NCBI GenBank assembly: GCA_963780375.1
Contig: CAWABV010000008.1
Coordinates: 27,619 to 91,618 of the forward strand
DNA from: an uncultured Chloroflexia bacterium
Lineage (GTDB): Bacteria; Chloroflexota; Limnocylindria; Limnocylindrales; CSP1-4
DNA length: 64,000 bases
Reading direction: 5' to 3'
The notes under the pieces were generated by a model. That model had not been told where the DNA came from, did not search any database, and saw nothing but the letters and a program-made list of their open reading frames with translations. The first letter of the stretch is position 1, and every line of letters starts with the position of its first letter. A program made the position numbers and the translations under genes. Shown one piece after another: positions 48,133-57,410 of this stretch.

Positions 48133-49959
48133 ATGCCGATCTCACGCGTCGCGCTCGGCCGCACCCTCCTGGCGATGTTGATCGCCATCGGCGCGTTGAC
48201 GTGGGCTCCCGGTCCGACCCCGACCGATGCGCGGTCGCTGCCTCAGGCGCGCACGGTGACGACCACCCTCGCCACGACGACCGCCACGGAGCCCGGCGTC
48301 GATTGCACGCCCCCCGGCGGACCGCCCCTCACGATGGGCCGCGAGATCAGGAACGGCATCCTCCGACTCCCCCCGTTCCGTGCGTGGCGGTTGCCCCAGA
48401 ACCCGACCTGGCGCGAGAACCCGTTCCGCGACCGCAACTGGGTGTTCCGCTATCAGTCGCTCCGGATGGTCCTCCCGCTCATCAGGATGTGGCACCGGAC
48501 TCGCGATCCGTGGTTCCTTCGACATGCCGTCTTCCTGACCCGCGACTGGATCGCCGACAACCCGCGTTCCGCGCCGGCCTCGCCTGCTGCATGGGGCGAT
48601 CACACGACGGCCTGGCGGGCACTTGTCCTAGCCTGCATCGTCCAGGCGGTGCCGTCCGCTACCTGGGCACGAGCTGCCCTCGCGACGCATGGTCGTCTCC
48701 TCGCCCAACCCTCGTTCTATGTCTGGGTCGGCAACCACGCGCTCGGCCAGGATCGCGGCTTGATCGCCGCCGGTTGCACGCTCGGCCTCAGCGCCTGGGT
48801 ACGGCTGGCCCGCGATCGCGTCGCGCGCCTCGTCGTCGATAGCGTCGATGCCCAGGGCGTCACAAACGAGCAGGCCGTCTTCTACCAGTTCTACAACTGG
48901 AGCGGCTACCGATCGGTCGCGGATCGCCTGCGCCGGTGTGGCTACGCCGTGCCGAGCTCGATCGCCCGGATCGACCGGATGCCGACGTTCCTCGCCCACG
49001 CGACGTTGCCCGACGGCACGTACGCGATGTTGGGCGACACGGTCCGGCGCCCGGCGGCCAAGATCCCGGGGACCTATGCCGAGTTCGCCGCGACCACCGG
49101 ACGGACCGGCCCGAGGCCGCCGACACCGTTCGCCAAGTACAACGCCGGCTTCGCCTTCGGGCGCACCGGGTGGGGCGAGCGTCGGGCCTATCGCGACGAG
49201 GCGATGTACAGCCTCCGATTCGGGCCAGGTCGACGGTTCCACGGCCACGCCGACCACGGCTCGGTCACGCTATATGGCTACGGGAAGCGGCTGATCGATG
49301 ACAGCGGCACGTTCACGCTCAACTTCAACCGCTGGCACGCGTTCGCGATCGGGCGAACCGCGCACAACGTCGTGACCGTCGATGGTGTGTCGTACCGAGC
49401 TTCGTCCTCGGCACCATTGGCGTGGGCCCGGAGCGGCGTCCGCCGCGACGACCTGACGGTCACGGATCGCGGGTACAGCGGCGTGACCCTGCGACGGCGA
49501 GTGGTGTTCTCACGGAACGTCGGCTACCTCGTCGTCGAGGATCGCGCCTCGGCGCAGTCGTCGCGCACGTTCCGCCAGCTGTGGCACCTCGATGTCGGCA
49601 CGGCGCCCGTCGTCGGCGGGCGGACCGTCCGCTCGACGCGTGCCAGCGGTAACGTCCGGATCATCCAGCTGGCCGTCCGGCCGACCGTCCGCATCGTCAA
49701 GGGCCGCACCTCGCCGGTCCAGGGCTGGATCTCCGAGACGTTGAGCCAGCGGCGCCCCGCGCCGGTCGTCGAGGCGGTGGCGCGCGGGCGATCCGTCCGC
49801 TACCTGACCCTGGTCGTGCCGACTCGCGGCCCGAACGACCGCGTTTCCGTCACGAACGTCCGGCTCTCGAATTCTGGGTGGAGTTTCGACATCGACGTCG
49901 CCGGCGTCCGCGAGCACGTGCAGGCGACCGCCTGGAATTCGACCATCACGTCGCTTTAG
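48133..49959 (+). CDS. secreted heparinase II/III-family polysaccharide lyase-like protein
   Basis: 608 aa with a signal peptide, an alginate-lyase-like N-domain (VGNHALGQDRGL) and a Hepar_II_III C-domain (RFHGHADHGSVTLYGYGKRLIDDSG). Confidence 0.7.
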   Translation: MPISRVALGRTLLAMLIAIGALTWAPGPTPTDARSLPQARTVTTTLATTTATEPGVDCTPPGGPPLTMGREIRNGILRLPPFRAWRLPQNPTWRENPFRDRNWVFRYQSLRMVLPLIRMWHRTRDPWFLRHAVFLTRDWIADNPRSAPASPAAWGDHTTAWRALVLACIVQAVPSATWARAALATHGRLLAQPSFYVWVGNHALGQDRGLIAAGCTLGLSAWVRLARDRVARLVVDSVDAQGVTNEQAVFYQFYNWSGYRSVADRLRRCGYAVPSSIARIDRMPTFLAHATLPDGTYAMLGDTVRRPAAKIPGTYAEFAATTGRTGPRPPTPFAKYNAGFAFGRTGWGERRAYRDEAMYSLRFGPGRRFHGHADHGSVTLYGYGKRLIDDSGTFTLNFNRWHAFAIGRTAHNVVTVDGVSYRASSSAPLAWARSGVRRDDLTVTDRGYSGVTLRRRVVFSRNVGYLVVEDRASAQSSRTFRQLWHLDVGTAPVVGGRTVRSTRASGNVRIIQLAVRPTVRIVKGRTSPVQGWISETLSQRRPAPVVEAVARGRSVRYLTLVVPTRGPNDRVSVTNVRLSNSGWSFDIDVAGVREHVQATAWNSTITSL

Positions 49960-49991
49960 CGCGGGCGAGAGGCGGCTGGCGCCGCGGTGAC

Positions 49992-50639
49992 TCAGACCCT
50001 GATCAGCACCGCCCAGAGCGCGCCGATGATCAGGAACGGCCCGAACGGGATGAAGCTCCGGCGCCCGATCCGCCGCGTCGCCAGGAGCACCAGCAATACC
50101 ACTCCGGCGACGACCAGCCCGAACAGCGTGCCGCCCAGCGCCCGCTCGCCACCGACCATCAGGCCCATCCCGGCGAGGAACTTGACGTCGCCCATCCCGA
50201 ACGCCCCGGCGCCGAAGGGGATCGACGGCAGGTACAGGATCGCGGGGATCAGCACAGCGGCGAGGACCGCCAGCAGGAGCGCCCCACCGACCAACGGATT
50301 GAGACCCGAGATCGCGTAGAGCAAGGCGAGTGGGATCGCCGGCAGCGTCAGCTCGTCGGGGAGCACCCGCTGATCGAGGTCGGTCGCGAGCCCGATGATC
50401 AGCGTCACGAACCAGGCCCCGAACGCGAACAACGCGAGCGTGTCACTCGGAAACCGCAGGGGCAGCAGCCCCAGGGCGATCGCGCCGATCGCCCCGCACG
50501 CGAGGGTTCGCCAGTCGATCTTCCGTCCCGGCGGATGCTCCTCGTCGTGCTCCGGCCAGCGCGTCGCGAAGCGGTCCGCAGCGACGCCGAGGACCGCGCC
50601 CGCGATCGCCAGGACGACGCTGAGGGGATCGATCGTCAG
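49992..50639 (-). CDS. A24-family prepilin peptidase (TadV/CpaA-like), orphan; start codon not identifiable
   Basis: The 3' about 215 codons of track ORF 49992..52118: TM helices with catalytic-Asp regions LATDLDQRVLPDE and AFGMGDVKFLAGMG. There is no ATG/GTG/TTG between the pepA stop and the first TM; the start is either non-canonical or overlaps pepA. Confidence 0.6.
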   Translation of the reverse strand: MTIDPLSVVLAIAGAVLGVAADRFATRWPEHDEEHPPGRKIDWRTLACGAIGAIALGLLPLRFPSDTLALFAFGAWFVTLIIGLATDLDQRVLPDELTLPAIPLALLYAISGLNPLVGGALLLAVLAAVLIPAILYLPSIPFGAGAFGMGDVKFLAGMGLMVGGERALGGTLFGLVVAGVVLLVLLATRRIGRRSFIPFGPFLIIGALWAVLIRV

Positions 50640-52147
50640 GCGGCCCCGGCCAGTGCCAGCTCCACGAGCGTGGCATGCGCGACGCCTGTCGCGCCCCGCG
50701 CCCCGAACGGCAACGCCTTGCGGTAATAGCCCGTCCCGGCGATGTCGAGGTGGACCCAGGGAACCTCGGCGAACTGCTGCAGGAAGAGGGCGCTCTTGAC
50801 GAGCGAGCCATCGGCCGCGCCGGCGTTCTGGAAGTCGGCGTACCAGCTCTCCATGTCGGGGACGTAGTCCTCGATGAGCGGGAGTTGCCAGTACCGCTCG
50901 CCGGCCCGGCGCCCGGCAGTGACGATCTCGTCGTAGAAGCCCTGCGGCTGCCCGAAAGCGCCCGTCACCAGGTGGCCGAGCGCACGCGCCACGGCGCCGG
51001 TCAGTGTCGCGACGTCGACCAGGTGCGTGGCGCCCAGGCGTTCCGCGTAGGTCATCGCGTCGCCGAGGATCAGCCGGCCTTCGGCGTCGGTGTTGGTGAT
51101 ATCGACCTTCTTGCCGTTCAACGCGGTCACGATGTCCCCCGGCCGGGTCGAGTGCGGGCCGGGCATGTTCTCGACGGCCGGCGCGACGGCCAGCAGCGGC
51201 GTCCCGGGGGAAAGGCGGGCGACCGTCTCGATGGCGGCGATCACGGTGCACGCGCCGGCCTTGTCCATCTTCATCTCTTCCATCCGGTCGGACGGCTTGA
51301 TGCTGATGCCGCCGGAGTCGAAGCAGACGCCCTTGCCGACGATGGCGAGGTGGCGATCGAGCTTGTCGCGTTGCCCCTCCTCGCCCGAGCGCATGACGAT
51401 CATCCGCGGCGGGTTGTCGGACCCGCGACCGACCGCCATGAACATGCCCATGCCGAGCTCGGTGGCCTGCTTGTCGTCGATGACGTCGATCCAGAGGCCG
51501 TTGCGCGCGGCGATGGCGCGCGCCTCGTCGGCGAGCACTTCGGGGTACATCTCGTTGGCCGCCCGATTGCCCAAGGTACGAGCCGTGTTGGCCCCCTCCC
51601 CGATGATCACGCCCCGCTCGGCGGCGGCCTGGATGCCCGCCTTGTCGCCACCGGTCGCCACGAGGATCAGCTCGTCGAGCTCGGGCGGCTTCGACTCGAT
51701 CTCGGGCCGGTATAGGGCCTTCGGGTCGTATGAGCCCTCGACGACACCGCGAGCGGCCAGCTCGGCCGCGCGCGCGAGGTCGCCCTCGAAGCCTGATGCG
51801 TCGACGATCGGGGACAGCCAGATGGCCATCGAGCGCACGGCTCGACCGGCGAGTCGCCGCTCGGCGGTGGCGGCGATACGTAGCGCGACCTCGTTGTCGA
51901 CCTGTTCGCCGTCTCCGGCGCTCACCGTGAGCAGCCACTTCGCCGGCAGGTCCCCGCCGCGGGTCATCGAGTTCGTGTACCGCCGCGCGCGAAGCTCCTT
52001 GATCTCCGCCAGGGCCGCAAGCTCGCCTCCGGAACGACGATCGAGTTCGGCGTGGGCGCCCTCGATGGCGGGTTCGCCGACGAAGGGGATGACGAGGACG
52101 TCGGCCGCGACATCCCAAGGCTGGTCGGTGACGACACGAAGCTGCAC
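50636..52147 (-). CDS. pepA: leucyl aminopeptidase (M17)
   Basis: 503 aa. The M17 signature NTDAEGRLILGDAMTYA and metal-ligand blocks (VGKGVCFDSGGISIKPS). Confidence 0.9.
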   Translation of the reverse strand: MQLRVVTDQPWDVAADVLVIPFVGEPAIEGAHAELDRRSGGELAALAEIKELRARRYTNSMTRGGDLPAKWLLTVSAGDGEQVDNEVALRIAATAERRLAGRAVRSMAIWLSPIVDASGFEGDLARAAELAARGVVEGSYDPKALYRPEIESKPPELDELILVATGGDKAGIQAAAERGVIIGEGANTARTLGNRAANEMYPEVLADEARAIAARNGLWIDVIDDKQATELGMGMFMAVGRGSDNPPRMIVMRSGEEGQRDKLDRHLAIVGKGVCFDSGGISIKPSDRMEEMKMDKAGACTVIAAIETVARLSPGTPLLAVAPAVENMPGPHSTRPGDIVTALNGKKVDITNTDAEGRLILGDAMTYAERLGATHLVDVATLTGAVARALGHLVTGAFGQPQGFYDEIVTAGRRAGERYWQLPLIEDYVPDMESWYADFQNAGAADGSLVKSALFLQQFAEVPWVHLDIAGTGYYRKALPFGARGATGVAHATLVELALAGAA

Positions 52148-52303
52148 GGTGGTGTGGATCCTCCCGGGGTTGGCAGGCCGCTAGCGGTGCCCCAGACGCG
52201 GCGGTCGCGTGGCAGTGGCGGCAGTGTACCCGCCGAGAACCGCTCCTATCCGCCCGGCACTGGACCAGTGCCTGCGGCTACTGAGTGGGCCCACTGGCAA
52301 GGG

Positions 52304-53344
52304 TTACGGGGCGGCCTCGTCGACCGGCGGCGCGAGCGCCTCATCGAGGTCGGCCTTCGCCTGCTCGATGTCGATCGCGGCCTCGTTGATGCCGCCCTGC
52401 CCGATGTCGGCCATGATCAGGACGAGCGATCGCGTATCCGGCGGCAGCCGATCCTTGGCGGCCTGTTCCTTACGCATGGCCTCGCGTATCTGTGTGTTGC
52501 TGGCGCCACGCCGGACCGTGTCGTACAGAGCCCGGAGTGCGACGTCGTAGTCGCCGCTCCGGTCGAGCCACTCGTCGAGGGTGGTGACATCGACGGTCGC
52601 CTTGAGCCGGTCGCGCAGTGTCTTGGCATCGGCGATGGCCGCGTCGGCGTCATCGAGGTGCTTGAGTGCCGTCGGGTACTGGCCCTTGCGCCCCGCTGCT
52701 GCCGCGTCGACGACGGCCTGATCGTGGGCGGCGAGGAGGGCCGACAGCCGGTTCGCGCTCAACGCCCCGACCGTCAATCGCGTCCAGGCGGACTCGATCG
52801 CCTCCGTCGACTTGAGGCCATCGACGTAGGAGGCGTGCCGCGCGATCGTTTCGGGCGATAGCTCGTACGCGGCCGCGCGCGAACCCACGACCGGGACCAC
52901 CTCAAGGGCGTCGCGGATCGGTTCGGTCTGGGCATCGATGTCGGCGACGAGCTGGGTTCCGGTCGCGGTCGCCGCATCGACGGCATCGGTCTCGTTGCTC
53001 GACAGAGAGGCGAGGATGACCCGCGCCTGGTCGCCGAGCGCAGCGACGCTCGCCGAGAGCGCGCGCATGTCGGCCTCGACGACGTCGAGCGAGGCGTTCG
53101 CGAGCGCGTCACCGTGCCCGGTGCGACCGGAACGGTCCGCCCCATCCGCTGCCGGGGTGTCCATCCCGGCCACCACGCCTGCCGCTCCCAGGGCGATGAG
53201 CGCCGCTGCGAAGAGCCAGGCGATGGCGAGGCCTCCGCCCCGGGTGGCATCCGTGATGCGAGGCAGGTGCTGTCCTCCGATGGTCGGATGTGGTGGTCGG
53301 CGGACCGTGACGGCCCGACGTTCGAAGCCGCGGAATCGTAGCAT
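52304..53344 (-). CDS. hypothetical membrane-anchored Ala-rich protein; start uncertain (53344 or 53446)
   Basis: A TM helix (LAIAWLFAAALIALGAAGVVAG) followed by an about 280 aa Ala/Asp-rich, probably helical, extracytoplasmic region. The ATG at 53344 lies only 6 bp from the divergent add start. Confidence 0.5.
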   Translation of the reverse strand: MLRFRGFERRAVTVRRPPHPTIGGQHLPRITDATRGGGLAIAWLFAAALIALGAAGVVAGMDTPAADGADRSGRTGHGDALANASLDVVEADMRALSASVAALGDQARVILASLSSNETDAVDAATATGTQLVADIDAQTEPIRDALEVVPVVGSRAAAYELSPETIARHASYVDGLKSTEAIESAWTRLTVGALSANRLSALLAAHDQAVVDAAAAGRKGQYPTALKHLDDADAAIADAKTLRDRLKATVDVTTLDEWLDRSGDYDVALRALYDTVRRGASNTQIREAMRKEQAAKDRLPPDTRSLVLIMADIGQGGINEAAIDIEQAKADLDEALAPPVDEAAP

Positions 53345-53350
53345 CGGCCG

Positions 53351-54439
53351 ATGACGACCCTTCACTCGTCGTCGGAGCGCGACGCGACACGAGCGGCCCG
53401 CCGACGCCTGCTCGAGGCCATGCCCAAGGCGGAGCTCCACCTCCACCTCGACGGCTCGTTGCGGATCGACACGGCGATCGAGCTGGCCCGGACGCGCGGG
53501 ATCGACGCTCCGCGCGATTGGGTCGGGATGTCCGAGGCATTGGTCGGGGAGATGCCCGGGACGTCACAGGCCGAGTTGCTGAAGCGTTTCGACCTGCCGA
53601 TCGCGCTGATGCAGGACGCCGAGGCGTTGGAACGCATCGCTGCCGAGATGGTGGAGGACAAGGCCGCCGACAACGTGCGGTACGTCGAGATCCGCTGGGG
53701 ACCGCTGCTCCACGTGGCGGGCGGGCTCCCGTTGGCCGACGGGATCGCGGCGGTCGTCCGCGGAGCGAATGCGGCCGCCGCGAGGACCGGCATCACGGTC
53801 CGCCTCATCTCCACGGCCCTGCGCTCGCACGACCCGGAACGGAACGTCGAGCTGGCAGAGACCGCGGCCCGGTTCATCGATCAAGGGCTGACCGGATGGG
53901 ACCTGGCCGGCCAGGAGGCCGCGTACCCCGATCCGCTGCTCCATGCTCGATCGTTCGAAGCCGCTCGCGCGAACGGACTAAGGATGACGATCCACGCCGG
54001 CGAATGGGGCGGCGCGGCCCAGGTCCGTCGGTCATTGGTGGTCGATCCCGAGCGGATCGCCCATGGGCCGGCCGCCATCGAGGACGAGGAGCTCTGCGCC
54101 GAGCTCCGCGCTCGCGGGATCACACTCGACCTTGCGCCGACCTCGAACTGGCAGGCCGGGATCGTGCCTTCGGTCGCGGAGCACCCGATCGGGCCCTTCT
54201 ATCGGATGGGCGTGCCGGTGACCCTGAACACCGACGACCTCACCGTCTCCGACCTGAAGCTGTCCGAGGAGTACCTGAACGCGGCCGAGCTGATCGGGCT
54301 ATCCCTGAGCGACCTATGGGCGATCGACCGCCACGCGCTCGACGTCGCGTTCGTGGACGACGCGACACGGGACACGCTCCGTGCCGAGTTCGACGTCTGG
54401 GCCGCGAACGTGCCGGAGCTCGCCGCGCCTGGCGGCTAG
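53351..54439 (+). CDS. add: adenosine deaminase
   Basis: 362 aa. PKAELHLHLDGSLR, the TIHAGE block (MTIHAGEWGG) and SLNTDD (VTLNTDDLTVSD). Confidence 0.9.
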   Translation: MTTLHSSSERDATRAARRRLLEAMPKAELHLHLDGSLRIDTAIELARTRGIDAPRDWVGMSEALVGEMPGTSQAELLKRFDLPIALMQDAEALERIAAEMVEDKAADNVRYVEIRWGPLLHVAGGLPLADGIAAVVRGANAAAARTGITVRLISTALRSHDPERNVELAETAARFIDQGLTGWDLAGQEAAYPDPLLHARSFEAARANGLRMTIHAGEWGGAAQVRRSLVVDPERIAHGPAAIEDEELCAELRARGITLDLAPTSNWQAGIVPSVAEHPIGPFYRMGVPVTLNTDDLTVSDLKLSEEYLNAAELIGLSLSDLWAIDRHALDVAFVDDATRDTLRAEFDVWAANVPELAAPGG

Positions 54440-55359
54440 GAGCTGGCGGGAGCCGCCTCGAGTCCGATCAGCGCGGCGGCAAGCTCCTCCGCGGTCGCCG
54501 CGATCGCGTCGGGCCTGCCCTCGGGCGGCAGCGCGTCCACCTCCGCACGGGTCGTGATCCCGGTAAGCATCAGGACGCATCGCGCGCCGATCGCCTTCGC
54601 GCCGGCCAGGTCGGTCCCGATCGCATCGCCTATCACGACCGCCTCCGACGCCCTCCGTCCGACGGCTTCGGCCGCCATCTCGAACAGATGTGGCTCGGGC
54701 TTGCCGATCGACAGCGGCGTCACGCCGGTCGTTGCCTCGAGTGCCGCCGCGACGGCTCCAGCGCCCGGTCGCAGGCCGCGTTCCGTCGGGTAGACCGGAT
54801 CGCGGTTCGTCGCGATGAATCGGGCGCCCGCCCGGATGCAATCGGCGGCCGCCGCGAGGCGCAGGTAGGTGAGCGCCGGGTCGAGGCCGCTCACGACCGC
54901 ATCGGGTGCGCCGGCAGCAGTCCAGCCATCGACGCCTTCCTGATGCATGCGGGTGGCCGCATGCGCCGACGTCACCACGTCCAAGCCGACGTCCCGCAAC
55001 TCCCTGTCTAGGCCATTCGCCCCGACCGTCAGCACGCGGCGGATCCCCGTTTCGTGCCGTTGGATGTGGAGAGCCGTCGCACGCGACGACGACATGACGC
55101 GGTCCGCCGAGATCGGACAACCCATCGACGAGAGGCGCGTCACGTAGTCGGCGCGGTAGTGCATCGAGTTGTTCGTGACATACACGACGTCGTCGCCGGC
55201 CGACGCCCGAGCGGCGAGTACGGCGGCGACACCCGGCACGGGGTCGGCGCCGCGATAGACCACGCCATCGAGGTCCACGAGGAGGAGCAGACTCACGCGC
55301 CCGATCGTAGCCGCGGCCCCGAGGCCGCGTACGATTCGCCGACCGTGCCGACGACCCAC
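54436..55359 (-). CDS. HAD-IIA family hydrolase (NagD-like)
   Basis: LLVDLDGVVYRG (motif I), VYVTNNS and a C-terminal GDAIGTDLAGA motif. The GTG start is at 55359 or an internal GTG at about 55296. Confidence 0.75.
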   Translation of the reverse strand: MGRRHGRRIVRGLGAAATIGRVSLLLLVDLDGVVYRGADPVPGVAAVLAARASAGDDVVYVTNNSMHYRADYVTRLSSMGCPISADRVMSSSRATALHIQRHETGIRRVLTVGANGLDRELRDVGLDVVTSAHAATRMHQEGVDGWTAAGAPDAVVSGLDPALTYLRLAAAADCIRAGARFIATNRDPVYPTERGLRPGAGAVAAALEATTGVTPLSIGKPEPHLFEMAAEAVGRRASEAVVIGDAIGTDLAGAKAIGARCVLMLTGITTRAEVDALPPEGRPDAIAATAEELAAALIGLEAAPASS

Positions 55360-55933
55360 CGGAGCTCACACGACCCGCTCGCCGACACCCGTCGATTGAT
55401 CGTCGACGGCTCGAACCTGTTGCCGGCGCTAGCGAGATCCGGCGGAGCGGTGCCACCGGCGGCGCTGATCGGCCGGCTTCGCGCGGCCATCCCCGCGAAC
55501 GTCGCGGTCGAGCTCATCTTCGACGGCCCGCCCGATGCGGGGCTGCGCGGCGAACGGATCGCTTCTGGGGTCACGGTGCGGCTATTCCGGCCGACGGACA
55601 GGCGACGAGGCGATCGTCGGCCTCGTCGACCACGCACGGATGACCGCAGGCGCTCGCGAGGTCTACGGCATCGTCGTGGTCACGGACGATCGGCAGCTGG
55701 CGGCGGGCGTGCGCGATCTGGGCGCCAGGACCACCGGGACGTCGTGGCTACTCGGGCGACTCGACCGCCCGAAGCTGTCGTCGCCGTCGGTAGGGAATCG
55801 ACGACCCCCGGCCGCGCCGCCGGAACACGACCGGGAGCCGGAACGCGAGCCATGGAAGCCCGGGCGAGGCGCGACCACCAAGAAGGGCAACCCCCGTCGT
55901 CGCCGGCCCTCGTCGGGTAGCATGCCGTCGTGA
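55344..55933 (+). pseudogene. NYN-domain (YacP-like) protein gene interrupted by an apparent +1 frameshift near 55583
   Basis: The N-half lies in the frame of track ORF 55054..55920 (RRLIVDGSNLLPALARSGG...VAVELIFDGPPDAGLRGERIASGVTVR). The C-half lies in the frame of ORF 55535..55933 (SGRRTGDEAIVGLVDHARMTAGAREVYGIVVVTDDRQLAAGVRDLGARTTGTSWLL). Together they reconstitute the YacP/NYN consensus (LLVDGYNV...VVFDG...GVEVVFS...ADD.I..LV...VVVVTSD). Deleting one nt in gtgcggctattcc joins them. Start GTG about 55344 or TTG about 55397. Confidence 0.5.
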
Positions 55934-56412
55934 GCCTCGTCGACACGCTAAACCAGTTGTGGAACACGATCCTCGACATCACGAAGATGTTCGTGATCCC
56001 CGACTGGAGCGCCGTCATCGGCCTGTTGCCGCTGCTGATCTTCATCGGCATCGTGGGGCCGCTGATCACGTTCGTCGTCTTGGGCATCGTCGTGTACCAG
56101 GCCGCCAAGCCGCGGCCGCACCTGAAGCTCGCCGAGGGTCCGCAGGTGGCTCGCATCGGCGCCACCGGTCAGCCGATCTTCCAGCCTGGCCTGCCGTTCT
56201 GCCGTCAGCACGGGCTCGTCTATCCGACCGGCACCATCCACTGCGAACGGGGCGGCGAGGACCTGTCGGTGATCTGCCCGATGTGCGGGCTCGGTCGCCC
56301 CGCCGCTATCGATACCTGCCCCAACTGTGGGCTCGTCCTCAACGTCAAGTCGCACCCGGTCCCGGTCGTCCGATCGAGCGGTCCGAAGCCCGGCGGCGCC
56401 GCGGTAGCCTGA
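55930..56412 (+). CDS. small membrane protein with C-terminal C4 zinc-ribbon
   Basis: 160 aa with a GTG start overlapping the upstream stop (GTGA). One or two TM helices (VIGLLPLLIFIGIVGPLITFVVLGIVVY), then CERGGEDLSVICPMCGLGRPAAIDTCPNCG. Confidence 0.55.
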   Translation: MSLVDTLNQLWNTILDITKMFVIPDWSAVIGLLPLLIFIGIVGPLITFVVLGIVVYQAAKPRPHLKLAEGPQVARIGATGQPIFQPGLPFCRQHGLVYPTGTIHCERGGEDLSVICPMCGLGRPAAIDTCPNCGLVLNVKSHPVPVVRSSGPKPGGAAVA

Positions 56413-56455
56413 CGGCCGCACAACTCGGAACCCTCCTCGAGCGTCCACAGAGGCA

Positions 56456-57403
56456 ATGACCATGGCCGAACTGTCATCGATCCTCTTCCCCATCGGCGTC
56501 GTCTTCGTCGCGCTCGCCTTCGCGGCGCACGTCGGCCACGCCGTGATGCTGGCGAACGGCCGCCGGGTTGCACTCCCCGCGATGGCACCCGCGTCACAGC
56601 CCGCGTACGCCGGCCTCGTGACCGGGTCCTTCGTCACCTCGACGACCCGGGCGGCCTCCGACGGTCCGACGATCTCGGCATCACCGAGCCCGCTGTCGCG
56701 CGCCGCCGAGTGGCTGACCTACGCCGCGGTCGCCGCGCTTGGAACGTCGCTGGTGCTGCGCGGGATCGTGGTCGGACGCGGGCCGTGGGGCAATATGTTC
56801 GAGTTCACGGTCGCGTTCGCGACGTCGATGGTCGCCGGGTACGCGCTGCTCGCTCGGCGCTACGCCATCCGCTCGATCGGCTTCCTGCCGCTCGGAGTCG
56901 CGCTGGCGCTGCTGCTGTACGCCTCCTCGCTGCCGCGCGAGATCTCGCAGCTCGTGCCGGCCCTCCAGAACCCGCCGCTGCTCACGATCCACGTCGGCAT
57001 GGCGGTCCTCTCGTACGGCATCTTCGCCACGTCCTTCGCGGCCGGCGTCGCCTACCTGGCGCAGGGACCGACCGACCGGTTCTCGTGGCTGCCGTCCCAC
57101 AAGGTGCTCGACGAGGTCGCGTATCGGGCGGTCATCATCGGTTTCCCGATCTTCGCGACGATGATCATCCTCGGGTCGTGGTGGGCCTCGATCGCGTGGT
57201 CGCGCTACTGGGGCTGGGACCCCAAGGAGACGGCCGCCCTCGTCACGTGGCTGACGTATGCGGTCTACCTGCACGCGCGGAACCAGCGCTCATGGGCGGG
57301 TCGACCGGCGGCGCTGCTGCTGGTCGTCGGCTTCGGCATGGTCCTCGTCACGTATTCGGGGTCGCTCTGGTTCTCGGGCCTGCACGCGTATAGCGGTCTC
57401 TGA
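56456..57403 (+). CDS. ccsA: cytochrome c-type biogenesis protein CcsA/ResC (WWD-domain heme-handling protein)
   Basis: 315 aa polytopic. The tryptophan-rich WWD signature SWWASIAWSRYWGWDPKETAALVTWL and conserved His residues flanking the WWD. Confidence 0.85.
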   Translation: MTMAELSSILFPIGVVFVALAFAAHVGHAVMLANGRRVALPAMAPASQPAYAGLVTGSFVTSTTRAASDGPTISASPSPLSRAAEWLTYAAVAALGTSLVLRGIVVGRGPWGNMFEFTVAFATSMVAGYALLARRYAIRSIGFLPLGVALALLLYASSLPREISQLVPALQNPPLLTIHVGMAVLSYGIFATSFAAGVAYLAQGPTDRFSWLPSHKVLDEVAYRAVIIGFPIFATMIILGSWWASIAWSRYWGWDPKETAALVTWLTYAVYLHARNQRSWAGRPAALLLVVGFGMVLVTYSGSLWFSGLHAYSGL

Positions 57404-57410
57404 TCTCTGG

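Noticed and set aside
49992-52118. 708-aa minus-strand track ORF spanning the pepA region
   Set aside because: Only its last about 215 codons (the prepilin peptidase) are coding. The rest is the out-of-frame overlap with pepA, which has the genuine M17 signature.
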